From Gemmata obscuriglobus (GTDB taxonomy: Bacteria; Planctomycetota; Planctomycetia; Gemmatales; Gemmataceae), in NCBI RefSeq assembly GCF_008065095.1, contig NZ_CP042911.1, forward strand, positions 8,370,001-8,402,000: DNA of 32,000 nt, written 5' to 3'. Below, piece by piece: positions 1 to 7,912 of the stretch (position 1 is its first letter; every line of letters starts with the position of its first letter). The notes under the pieces are model-generated. The model ran no database searches. It worked only from the letters and a program-made list of their open reading frames with translations, and was not told where the DNA came from. Both the position numbers and the translations under genes were made by a program.

Positions 1-39
1 TCGTCGCAAGTCGGCGAACTCGTACACGGAGGAATCGGC

Positions 40-3021
40 ATGACGGGTTGGAACAAATTCCGGGGCGCGCTCGGCGCGGTGCTCCTGTGTGGGTGCCTCG
101 CGGCGGCCGGCGCGCTCGCGGCACGCACCGGGGCCGCCCCAAGCGAAGCCCCCAAACCTGCGGCCCCACAGGAGCGGGTGCCCGAGCCGCCCGCCGTCGA
201 GGCAATGCGGGTGGTCGTCCTCGATTCCACGGGCAAGCCGCTGCCGGGCGCGAACGTCCACTCGAGCATCTGGACCGAGGAGGAGGGCTTTCAGGCCAAC
301 CGCGACATCGAGACCGACGCCGCCGGCGCCACCCGGGTCCTGCTCCCGAAGACCTTCACCATCCTTCGGCTGTGGGCGGGGAAGAAGTCGTTCGCCACGC
401 TGTTCGCGAACTGGGAGCGGAGCGAGCTGGCGAGCGGGAAGGGCGTGCCCGCCGAGTACACATTCCGGCTCGAGCCGGCCGTGACCGCGGGCGGGCGGAT
501 CGTTGACGAGAAGGGGAAGCCGGTCGCCGGCGCCCGGGTTGAGGTACACCTGGCCAACGACCCCAAGCCCGTCGGGAGCGACAACCGCGTCCGCTACGAT
601 CACACGTTGGCGTGGGGTGACTATTCGCCCACAACGGACGCCAACGGGCGGTGGAGCATCGACAACGTCCCGGACCACCCGGAGGTGGAGCTGAGCCTCC
701 TGGCGACACACCCGGACTTCGCGAACGACAAGTGGGAGCAGGCTGCCAAGAGCGCACGAGTCACGATGGATGCGCTCCGGAAGGGCACGGCAACGCTCGC
801 GCTGAAGGCCGGGGTCCGCGTCCGCGGGACGGTCACCGACCCCGAGGGCAAACCGATCAAGGATGCGCTCGTGATTCACGGCGACGCCCCCCACTCGGGG
901 CGCGTCACGAGCACCTTCGCAACCGGCGCCGACGGCACGTTCCGGCTCCCGGCACTGGCTCCGGGAAAGACATCGCTGACCGTTGTCGCCCCGGGCTGGG
1001 CGCCGCAGCTCCGCACGGTCGAACTCAAAGCGGACATGCCGGCCCAGGACTTTCGGCTGACAGCGGGTAAACCGGTCCGGTTGCGCATTGTCGATGAGGC
1101 CGGTAAACCGGTTCCCGGGGTGCACATCACCCTGCTGGAGTGGAAGGGGAGCAAGTCGATTTACTCGGAGCGCAACCCGAACCATCCGAAGGTGCCGGGC
1201 ACCGGCATTCCCCCGCGCACCGACGCGAACGGCGTCTGGGAGTGGCGGTCGGCTCCGGACGGCCCGGTGAAGGTGCGGATCGATGCGGCCGACTTCGTCC
1301 ACACCGACCTGGAAGTCACCGGCGGCTCGGCGGACCGAACCGTGGAACTGAAAACCACACCCCGCATTACCGGAGCTGTGACGGATGCGGTCACGGGCCG
1401 GCCGATCCCACAGTTCACCGTCATCCCGGTGAGCGGGTTCAGTGACGACGTCGTGTTCGCATGGCGCGGCGCGGCGGTGCGGTGCGAGGACGGTCGGTTG
1501 CAGTTCCGCGCCGTGCCCAACGGCAACAGTCCGCTTCGCCGCCTCCGGGTCGAAGCTCCGGGGTATCGTACCCAGGACGGACCGGCACTCCGGGCCGGCG
1601 ATCCCACGAGCCGAAAACAGGACTTCAAGCTCGTCCCGAGCCGGACGCGCACCGGTGTCGTAACCGACACCGCGGGCAAACCCGTAGCGAAAGCCCAGGT
1701 CCAGATCGCCACCCCGACGGAACAAGTGACCCTTTCAAAGAATCTCGATTACTGCATCTTCACCGACGCACAGGGGCGGTTCGAGTTCCCCGACCCGGGC
1801 GCGCCGTGGGCCGTAGTCGCGCAGTCCGAAGCGGGAATCGCGGTCGCCGAGTTCGCGGCCGACGGGGCCGACGCCGGCACGCTCCAACTCCAACCGTGGG
1901 GGACGGTCCGCGGAACGTTCCATGACGGCGGGAAGCCGGTCGCCGGCGCCACGGTGCTCGTGGCACCGGTTCGCGTTCAAGACCGGACCCAGCCGCTGGT
2001 CTTCCTCAAACTCCACACCACCACCGACGCGAACGGACGATTTGAACTTCCTCGTGTCCCGCCCGGCCCGATTTACGTTCGGGTTTCTTTGGGGCCGTGG
2101 GAAGATCCGGGTTTTCGCTCCGGGCCGGGCGTGCACCTCGCGCTCAAACCGGGCACACGCACCGATCTGGAACTCGGCTCCGGCGGCGCGACGCTCACCG
2201 GGCGGGTGAAGCTGACGGGCCAAGTGCCGGCCGATCTGGACTGCACGTACTCGATCAACTATCTGGTCCGTCGCGAACCGGGGATCGCCCCGCCGCCGGC
2301 GGTGGCCGCCGCGGGGTTCGACGCCCGGAACGGGTGGCGGGACACCTGGCGCAACACGCCGGAGGGGCTCGCGTACCTGAGCACGCTCCAATCCTGGTTC
2401 GTAAAACTCACGCCCGACGGCACGTTCCGGGTGAGCGGGGTGCCGGCCGGGGAGTACGACCTGGCGGTGGCGGTGTACGCGAAGCCGAGCGGGTGCCTCA
2501 TCGACCCGCTGGCCCGGCGGGTGGTGCGGGTGACGGTGACGCCCGCGGACGCGGCGCGCGGCGAACTGAAGGTGCCGGAGGTGACGGCCGAGGTCGAGCC
2601 GATCCCGGTGGTCGGTGACACGCCGGCGCTCGCGTTCGACCGGGCCGACGGCAAGACCGGCACGCTCGCGGACTGCCGCGGCCGGTACACGGTGGTCCAC
2701 TTCTGGGCGAACTGGTGCGCGCCGTGCAAGAAGCAGTTGCCGGCGCTGAAGGCGCTGCACGAGCGGTTCGCCGCCCGCGGGCTGACGACGCTGTCGCTGT
2801 CGCTCGACGACGAGGCGGCGCCCTGGCGCGCGGCGCTCAAGGAACTCGCTTTACCTTGGGCGCAAGGGCGGCTCGGTGCCAAGGGCACGAGCGGGGTGTC
2901 CGGGGTGCCCGCGTACTGGCTCCTGGACCCGACCGGTAAGCTCATTGCCAAGAGCCACACGCCCGACGAACTCGTCCCGGTGCTCGAAGAGCGGCTGAAG
3001 CGCGCCGGGGCGGACCGTTAG
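40..3021 (+). CDS. Secreted multi-repeat beta-sandwich (carboxypeptidase-regulatory-like) protein with C-terminal TlpA/redoxin-type thioredoxin domain
   Basis: 993-aa ORF with a signal-like N-terminus (GALGAVLLCGCLAAAGALA). At least seven recurrences of the repeat signature (V/I)xDxxGKP(V/I)xGAxV, e.g. IVDEKGKPVAGARVEV, VTDPEGKPIKDALVIH, IVDEAGKPVPGVHITL, VTDTAGKPVAKAQVQI, FHDGGKPVAGATVLV. The C-terminus carries the thioredoxin-fold CxxC motif HFWANWCAPCKKQLPAL. Confidence 0.8.
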   Translation: MTGWNKFRGALGAVLLCGCLAAAGALAARTGAAPSEAPKPAAPQERVPEPPAVEAMRVVVLDSTGKPLPGANVHSSIWTEEEGFQANRDIETDAAGATRVLLPKTFTILRLWAGKKSFATLFANWERSELASGKGVPAEYTFRLEPAVTAGGRIVDEKGKPVAGARVEVHLANDPKPVGSDNRVRYDHTLAWGDYSPTTDANGRWSIDNVPDHPEVELSLLATHPDFANDKWEQAAKSARVTMDALRKGTATLALKAGVRVRGTVTDPEGKPIKDALVIHGDAPHSGRVTSTFATGADGTFRLPALAPGKTSLTVVAPGWAPQLRTVELKADMPAQDFRLTAGKPVRLRIVDEAGKPVPGVHITLLEWKGSKSIYSERNPNHPKVPGTGIPPRTDANGVWEWRSAPDGPVKVRIDAADFVHTDLEVTGGSADRTVELKTTPRITGAVTDAVTGRPIPQFTVIPVSGFSDDVVFAWRGAAVRCEDGRLQFRAVPNGNSPLRRLRVEAPGYRTQDGPALRAGDPTSRKQDFKLVPSRTRTGVVTDTAGKPVAKAQVQIATPTEQVTLSKNLDYCIFTDAQGRFEFPDPGAPWAVVAQSEAGIAVAEFAADGADAGTLQLQPWGTVRGTFHDGGKPVAGATVLVAPVRVQDRTQPLVFLKLHTTTDANGRFELPRVPPGPIYVRVSLGPWEDPGFRSGPGVHLALKPGTRTDLELGSGGATLTGRVKLTGQVPADLDCTYSINYLVRREPGIAPPPAVAAAGFDARNGWRDTWRNTPEGLAYLSTLQSWFVKLTPDGTFRVSGVPAGEYDLAVAVYAKPSGCLIDPLARRVVRVTVTPADAARGELKVPEVTAEVEPIPVVGDTPALAFDRADGKTGTLADCRGRYTVVHFWANWCAPCKKQLPALKALHERFAARGLTTLSLSLDDEAAPWRAALKELALPWAQGRLGAKGTSGVSGVPAYWLLDPTGKLIAKSHTPDELVPVLEERLKRAGADR

Positions 3022-3226
3022 CCGCTCGCCGCCTTTCGCTCCGACCTTGTGTCGCCCTCCGCACACCTCCACTGGCGGGCGCCCGGCCCGGCCGGGTACC
3101 CTTTCGGTTCAGGGTCCGCCCCGGCTCCGCGTTCGGAGATTTTTCCTCCACTTCGGCGAAGGGTCGGGCGGTGCGGCGCCAGTATCAGGGTGGGCGGGCA
3201 CGACGCCGGCCCGCGGAGGCAACGGA

Positions 3227-4105
3227 ATGTCGCAGAGCGTACTGACCGGGGCGGTCAACCGGGCGCGGCGGGCGGCCCGGGCGGACGCGACCGACGGCGA
3301 ACTGGTCGCCCGGTTCGCGGGCACCGGGGACCCGGACGCGTTCGCCCAGTTGGTGCGGCGGCACGGGCCGACGGTGCTGGCGGTGTGCCGGCGGGTGACC
3401 GGGCACCGGCACGAAGCCGAGGACGCGTTCCAGGCCACGTTTCTAGTGCTGGCCCGGCGGGCCAGTGAACTGGACTCGCCGGACACGGTGGGCGGGTGGC
3501 TGTTCGGGGTGGCGGTGAACACCGCGCGGGCGGCCCGCCGGCGGTCGGCCCGGCGGGCCGCGCGGGAGTCGCTGACGGGTTCCCCGCCCGACCGCGACCG
3601 AGACGGGCGTGGAAGCGCCCACCCGATCAGGAGCCGGACTTCGACACCCGCGCGGCGGTGGCCGAGTTGCCCGAGCGGTACCGCGCCCTGGTGGTCGCGT
3701 GCGACCTGCGGGGCGAGTCCCAGTCGGCGGTGGCGCGTCAGCTCGGTGTGCCGGTCGGGACCGTGTACAGCCGGCTCTCGGCCGCCCGCCGGTTGCTCGC
3801 CGGGCGGTTGCGGCGCCGGGGCGCGGAGCCCACGGCTCTGGCCGTGGGGCTCGGTGCGGTGGCGCCCGAAGCGGTCGCACTGCCGTCGGTTTCCGAGTGC
3901 CCGTCCGCGAGTGTCACGGAACTGACGGAGGGGATCATGTCGCAAGGATCTGCGCTGAAATGGTAACTGGCCGCGTGTGTGCTGCTGGTCGGGGTGACGC
4001 TGGGCCTGGGCGCGGAGCAGCCCGTGCCGGCCCCGCGTCCGGCGGGCGAGTCGCGGCTGGTGCCGGGGTTCGCCGTGCAGGTGAGGTTGCTGAAGGCGGA
4101 CGGCC
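3227..4105 (+). pseudogene. ECF-type sigma-70 factor with C-terminal transmembrane extension; frameshifted, carries an in-frame stop and is truncated by an IS
   Basis: From ATG 3227 (frame 2) the sequence is region-2-like (DPDAFAQLVRRHGPTVLAVCRRVTGHRHEAEDAFQATFLVLARR...WLFGVAVNTARAARRR). The region-4 HTH (AELPERYRALVVACDLRGESQSAVARQLGVPVGTVYSRLSAARRLL) is in frame 1 (track ORF 3496..3966), so a net 1-nt shift lies about 3560-3625. TAA at 3964-3966 is followed in the same frame by a hydrophobic helix, LAACVLLVGVTLGLGA. The frame is cut at the IS5 end (4106). Confidence 0.7.
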
Positions 4106-4983
4106 CTCAGAGTGTGTTTTGAAACCGCTCTAGATTTTGAGCAGCAGATGGTCTACTCATGGCCGCCATGAGTAGGAAGCGATACCCGACGGATCTGACG
4201 GATGCGCAATGGGAGCAGTTGGACCGGCTGTTGCCGAAGCCCAAGTGCGGGACCGCCAAGGGTGGTCACCCGGTGGTGGTGGACCGGCGCGAGGTGGTGA
4301 ACGCGATCTTCTACCACCGGCGCGCGGGCGGGGCGTGGCGCATGCTCCCCCACGACTTCCCGGCGTGGCAAACGGTGTACGGCCTGTTCCGCGACTGGCG
4401 CCTCGCGGGCGCCTGGGATCAGGTGCATGCGGCGCTCCGCGAGGAGGTGCGCATCGAGGCCGGGTACCCCGCCACCCCGGAGACCTTGCGAGTCGACAGT
4501 CAGACGGTCAAGATCACCCACCGCGGCGGCCCGAAGGGGTACGACGGGGGGAAAAAAGGTGAACGGCCGCAAGCCGTTCATCGGGGTCGATTCGCTCGGG
4601 TTGGTGTGGGCCCTGTCGGTGCTCACGGCCGACATCCAGGATCGGGACGGCGGGCGGTGGCTGCTGAGCGCGGTGCGGCACCGACTGCCGCGGGTGCGTG
4701 AGGTGATCGCCGACAGCGGGTTCTCCAAGCGGTTCCAGCAGTTCGTCCGCAACGTGTGCCGATGGGCGGTGACCATCACCGCCAACGCCAAGGACGGGTT
4801 CAAGGTGCACACCCGGCGGTGGGTGGTGGAGCGCACGTTCGCTTGGTTCGTCCGGTACCGGCGGCTCATGGTCGATTACGAGTACCACACCGAAACCACC
4901 GAAGCCATGATCCAAGCCGCCATGATTCACCGCATACTCCGCAAACTGCACCCCAACCCATAGGTTTCAAAACACACTCTGAG
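4106..4983 (+). mobile_element. IS5-family insertion sequence (878 bp)
   Basis: Perfect 21-bp terminal inverted repeats: CTCAGAGTGTGTTTTGAAACC at 4106-4126, and its reverse complement GGTTTCAAAACACACTCTGAG at 4963-4983. They enclose a DUF4096-type N-terminus plus a DDE transposase. No flanking direct repeat found. Confidence 0.9.
4159..4963 (+). CDS. IS5-family DDE transposase encoded in two overlapping frames (orfA frame 1 from 4159; orfB frame 2 ending 4963)
   Basis: The N-terminal half (YPTDLTDAQWEQLDRLLP...VVNAIFYHRRAGGAWRMLPHDFPAWQTVYGLFRDWRLAG...GYDGGKK) is in frame 1. The catalytic half (KKVNGRKPFIGVDSLGLVWALSVLTADIQDRDG...VIADSGF...RWVVERTFAWFVRYRRL) is in frame 2. The junction is at the G6A6GG tract 4546-4559. 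Confidence 0.85.
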
Positions 4984-5050
4984 ATGGCGCGGGTGAACGA
5001 GGTGGACGCCGAGGCCGGGATTGGAGTTCCCCACGAAAAGTAGACAGGTT

Positions 5051-5209
5051 CTAGCGGTGGGTTTGGTTGTGCGTTCGTTCGTACTCATCTGGGGCAACGT
5101 CGCCCAGCGATGAGTGCCGGCGGACGCGGTTGTCGAACGCCTCGATGTACTCGACGATGCTCGCCTTGGCTTCATCGCGGGTGGCGTAGTCCTCGTCGTG
5201 AACCAGTTC
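5051..5209 (-). pseudogene. IS3 OrfB C-terminal fragment (separated from the rest by the nested IS)
   Basis: Translation ...LVHDEDYATRDEAKASIVEYIEAFDNRVRRHSSLGDVAPDEYE is the typical end of an rve integrase-core transposase. It joins in frame to ...FFASLKKEL at 6467+ once 5210-6471 is removed. Confidence 0.8.
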
Positions 5210-6466
5210 CAGTAGTTTCAAGTTGGGCGATTTATGAGTAGCGGGCCGCATGGGTTTACCGGTCAATGGTGGTTACCACGCCTCCACTGTCGGAGCCCCC
5301 ATGCGACCCAAACGTCAGTCTATCCGAGCCACCCCGGCCCACGCCACCCGGCACCTCCGTCCGGTCCTGACCGACTGGCTCGGCCGTGCGGTCCAACTGC
5401 CCAAGCGTCGCCGCACCTGTACACCCGAGGTGGTGTGGCGGGTGGTGCTGTTCGCCGCGGCGTTCGCCCGCTCGGTGGCCGCGGCCTGTGCCGCGATCGC
5501 CGACGCCCCGTCCGGGCAGGCCATCTGGGATTGCTTGTACCTCACGCTGCCCAAGCGGCGCCGCACCCTCGAGCGGCGGTTGCGGCCGGCCCTCCACGCC
5601 CCGCTCGGCAAGCGGAAGCGGGCGGCTCGGGTCGCGATCGACTACCACCGGATCGGGTACTTCGGGACGCCGAACCGGGACACCACCCGGTCCAAGGGGG
5701 CCGGCGGCACCCACACGTTCCACACGTACGCCACCGCGTGCCTCGTCGGGGGACCGGACCGGTACACGCTCGGGTTGACGGCCGTGGGCGAGAAGGAGCC
5801 GATGACCGCGGTGCTCACCCGGCTGTTGGATCAGGTGACGGCGGCACGGGTTACGGTCCGGGTCGCGCTGCTGGACAAGGCGTTCTTCTCGATCGCGGTG
5901 ATGCGGTTGCTCCAGGCGCGGGGTGTGCCGTTCGTGATCCCGGCCGTGGTCCGGGGCCGCAAGCCCCGGCCCGGGGTGAAGGGGGTCGGGTTGCGGGCCG
6001 TGCGGCGGCGGGGCGCGGGTCGATATGCGTACACCCACGCGGATCGGGGCACCTCGGTGCGGGTGCACGTGGTGATCGCTCACAAGAGCTACCGGTACCG
6101 GCGGACCGGGGGCCGGCGGAGCAAGAAGTTACTGTACGCGGCGTGGCGGGTGAGCGGGAGCCCGGTGGCGATTCGGGACCTGTACCGGACCCGATTCGGG
6201 ATCGAGAGCAGCTACCGCCAGTTGGGGCAGGTTCGGCCCCGGACCTCGACCACCGATGGGGTCGTGCGACTCCTGTGGGTGGCCGTCGGGCTGATCCTGC
6301 GTAACGCCTGGTTGTGGTCCCGCTCAGCCCGCGGCCTCGGGTGGACACTGGCGGCGGTATGCCTGATACTGTTGGCCGATGGGCTGGCACCTACAGATGG
6401 CGAAAATAAGTCCATTACTACTGCACGATCGGCCAACAAAACCAAGCCGCCAACTTGAAACTACTG
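5210..6466 (+). mobile_element. IS4-superfamily (ISH3/IS701-like) insertion sequence nested in IS3 orfB (1257 bp)
   Basis: Perfect 17-bp terminal IRs: CAGTAGTTTCAAGTTGG at 5210-5226 and its reverse complement at 6450-6466. Flanked by a perfect 5-bp direct repeat AGTTC (5205-5209 and 6467-6471). Excision restores the IS3 orfB codons AAG AAG GAA CTG GTT CAC GAC. Confidence 0.9.
5250..6458 (+). CDS. DDE transposase, IS4 superfamily
   Basis: The 402-aa ORF fills the element. Candidate catalytic residues lie in VAIDYHRIGYFG, ALLDKAFFS and a Y-x2-R-x3-E signature, YRTRFGIESSYRQLG. The real start may be the internal Met at 5301. Confidence 0.8.
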   Translation: MGLPVNGGYHASTVGAPMRPKRQSIRATPAHATRHLRPVLTDWLGRAVQLPKRRRTCTPEVVWRVVLFAAAFARSVAAACAAIADAPSGQAIWDCLYLTLPKRRRTLERRLRPALHAPLGKRKRAARVAIDYHRIGYFGTPNRDTTRSKGAGGTHTFHTYATACLVGGPDRYTLGLTAVGEKEPMTAVLTRLLDQVTAARVTVRVALLDKAFFSIAVMRLLQARGVPFVIPAVVRGRKPRPGVKGVGLRAVRRRGAGRYAYTHADRGTSVRVHVVIAHKSYRYRRTGGRRSKKLLYAAWRVSGSPVAIRDLYRTRFGIESSYRQLGQVRPRTSTTDGVVRLLWVAVGLILRNAWLWSRSARGLGWTLAAVCLILLADGLAPTDGENKSITTARSANKTKPPT

Positions 6467-7144
6467 AGTTCCTTCTTGAGGCTTGCGAAGAACGACTCCA
6501 TGGCCGCATTATCCCAGCACTGACCCACACCGCTCATACTGCACGCGATCCGCTCCTCGCGCAACCGACGCATGATAATGCTCGCGGGCGTACTGACTGC
6601 CACGATCCGAGTGCGCCACCAGAGCCGAAGGCGAAGCCCCCTGGAGACGACGGGCCAGGGCCATCTCCAGCGCGTCCACCACCAACCGACGGGTCCTCGT
6701 CTGATCCATCGACCCGCCCACGATCCGGCGGCGGAACAGGTCTTCCACGACCGCCAGGTACAGCCACCCCTCGCGGGTCGGGATGTATGTGATGTCGGCA
6801 CACCAGCGCGTGTTCGGCTCGTCCGGGTCGAACGCCCGAGCCAACACGTTCTCGGCCACCGGCAACCCGTGGTTGGAGTCCGTCGTCTGACGGAACTTGC
6901 GTTTGGTTTTCGCGGCAATCCCGGCCTCGCGCATCACCCGGGCCACGAAGTTCACGCTGCACGCGCGCCCGTTCGCCGCCAGCTCGGCGTGGATGCGCGG
7001 GCTCCCGTACCGGGCCTTCACCTGGGCGTGAATGGCCTTCACCTCTTCGGTCAACTCCTCGCGTCGGACCTCGGCGGCACTGGGCTCCCGCGACCGCCAC
7101 GCGTAGAACCCGGACCGCGACACCCCCAGCACCCGGCACATCAA
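6467..7144 (-). pseudogene. IS3 OrfB N-terminal and catalytic part, frameshifted
   Basis: MCRVLGVSRSGFYAWR...NTRWCADITYIPTREGWLYLAVVEDLFRRRIVG...VAHSDRGSQYA is in one frame. RRLREERIACSMSGVGQCWDNAAMESFFASLKKEL is in the adjacent frame (track ORF 6418..6918). The switch is near 6568-6580, consistent with a 1-nt insertion or 2-nt deletion. Confidence 0.8.
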
Positions 7145-7188
7145 CGCGATGGGCCACGCGGCCTTGCGTTCCTCGATCCCGGCGAAGG

Positions 7189-7485
7189 TCAGTTCATCTG
7201 GGTGACGAAGAACGCCGTGGCTTTGTTGAGGATGTCGCGCTCCATCTCCAGTCGCTTGACGTCGGCCCGGAGTTGTCGCAGCTCTTCTTCGACCGGGGTC
7301 AGGTGCCCCGATCCCGGGAACGCCTCGGCACCCTTCTTGAGGACCGCCTTCTTCCCGTCGTGGAGCTGGTTCTCGGTGACCCCGAGGCGGCGTGCCACCT
7401 CGGCCACGGAGAGCTTCTGCTCGGTAATCATCTGGACGGCTGAGAGCTTGAACTCCGCCGTGTACACCTTGCGCGTGCCAGCCAT
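7189..7485 (-). CDS. IS3-family OrfA (helix-turn-helix transposase subunit)
   Basis: MAGTRKVYTAEFKLSAVQMITEQKLSVAEVARRLGVTENQLH...LRQLRADVKRLEMERDILNKATAFF is the classic IS3/IS911 OrfA HTH plus leucine zipper. orfB is open in the -1 frame from about 7200. Confidence 0.85.
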   Translation of the reverse strand: MAGTRKVYTAEFKLSAVQMITEQKLSVAEVARRLGVTENQLHDGKKAVLKKGAEAFPGSGHLTPVEEELRQLRADVKRLEMERDILNKATAFFVTQMN

Positions 7486-7552
7486 CGGTGTGTCTCCTTC
7501 TGCTCAGAGTTTACACCGCTTTCCCACTGCCCACCATTCGTGGGGAACTTCA

Positions 7553-7840
7553 GACGTTTATCCGGTTTCGAGTGGCAACCCGGTGATTACACGCCCGAGT
7601 CGCACAGGGGCTACGTTCCAGGTCGCACCTCAAGTTTGGTTCCAAGACAGTTGGGAAAATCCTCGTGCCCTATGGGTTAACGAATGTGACTGGTCAGTTC
7701 CGCAAACGCCGCATCGTGAAGGGATGATTGTTGCGCTGGCAGATGGAAGCGTTCGCGTACTTTCTCCGTCCATGAGTCCGGCCACTTTCTGGGCCGCGGT
7801 GAGGCTCGGGAGTGGCGAGGTGCTGGGCAGCGACTGGTAG
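7553..7840 (+). pseudogene. C-terminal fragment of a DUF1559 (H-X9-DG) family protein, 5' part removed at the IS3 boundary
   Basis: Translation ...WSVPQTPHREGMIVALADGSVRVLSPSMSPATFWAAVRLGSGEVLGSDW* contains an exact H-x9-DG motif (H REGMIVALA DG) and the usual tail. The reading frame starts abruptly at the IS3 end (7552). Confidence 0.7.
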
Positions 7841-7912
7841 CAAACTAGAATGGGAATCGCGGCTGGAAGGGGGGATCCTCTCAGCCGCACCGCATCTTGG
7901 ACTGCGATTCCC

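Larger units (their letters stand above)
5022..7552 (-). mobile_element. IS3-family insertion sequence, inactivated (nested IS plus orfB frameshift)
   Basis: TG...CA termini. TGGAGTTCCCCACGAAAAGTAGAC (5022-5045) versus the reverse complement of 7529-7552, TGAAGTTCCCCACGAATGGTGGGC (19/24 identical). orfA and orfB are in the 0/-1 frame arrangement on the minus strand. About 1269 bp once the nested element and its duplication are removed. Confidence 0.85.

Noticed and set aside
1735-2760. Minus-strand ORFs overlapping 40..3021 (e.g. 1735..2760, 2259..2960), and similar shadows over waaA (7694..8791) and the nested transposase (5256..6083)
   Set aside because: They are antisense shadows of genes with clear family signatures, and their composition is low-information Arg/Pro-rich.
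4101-4990. Search for a TNA / CTAG-type target duplication around the IS5 element
   Set aside because: TCA (4107-4109) and TGA (4980-4982) are reverse complements inside the perfect IR, not direct repeats. The bases outside the IR (GGCCC / ATGGC) do not match.
6572-7840. 422-aa plus-strand ORF
   Set aside because: It is a chimera. The first ~325 codons are antisense to IS3 orfA/orfB, and only the last ~95 codons (from 7553) are genuine DUF1559 sequence. The IS boundary at 7552 falls inside it.
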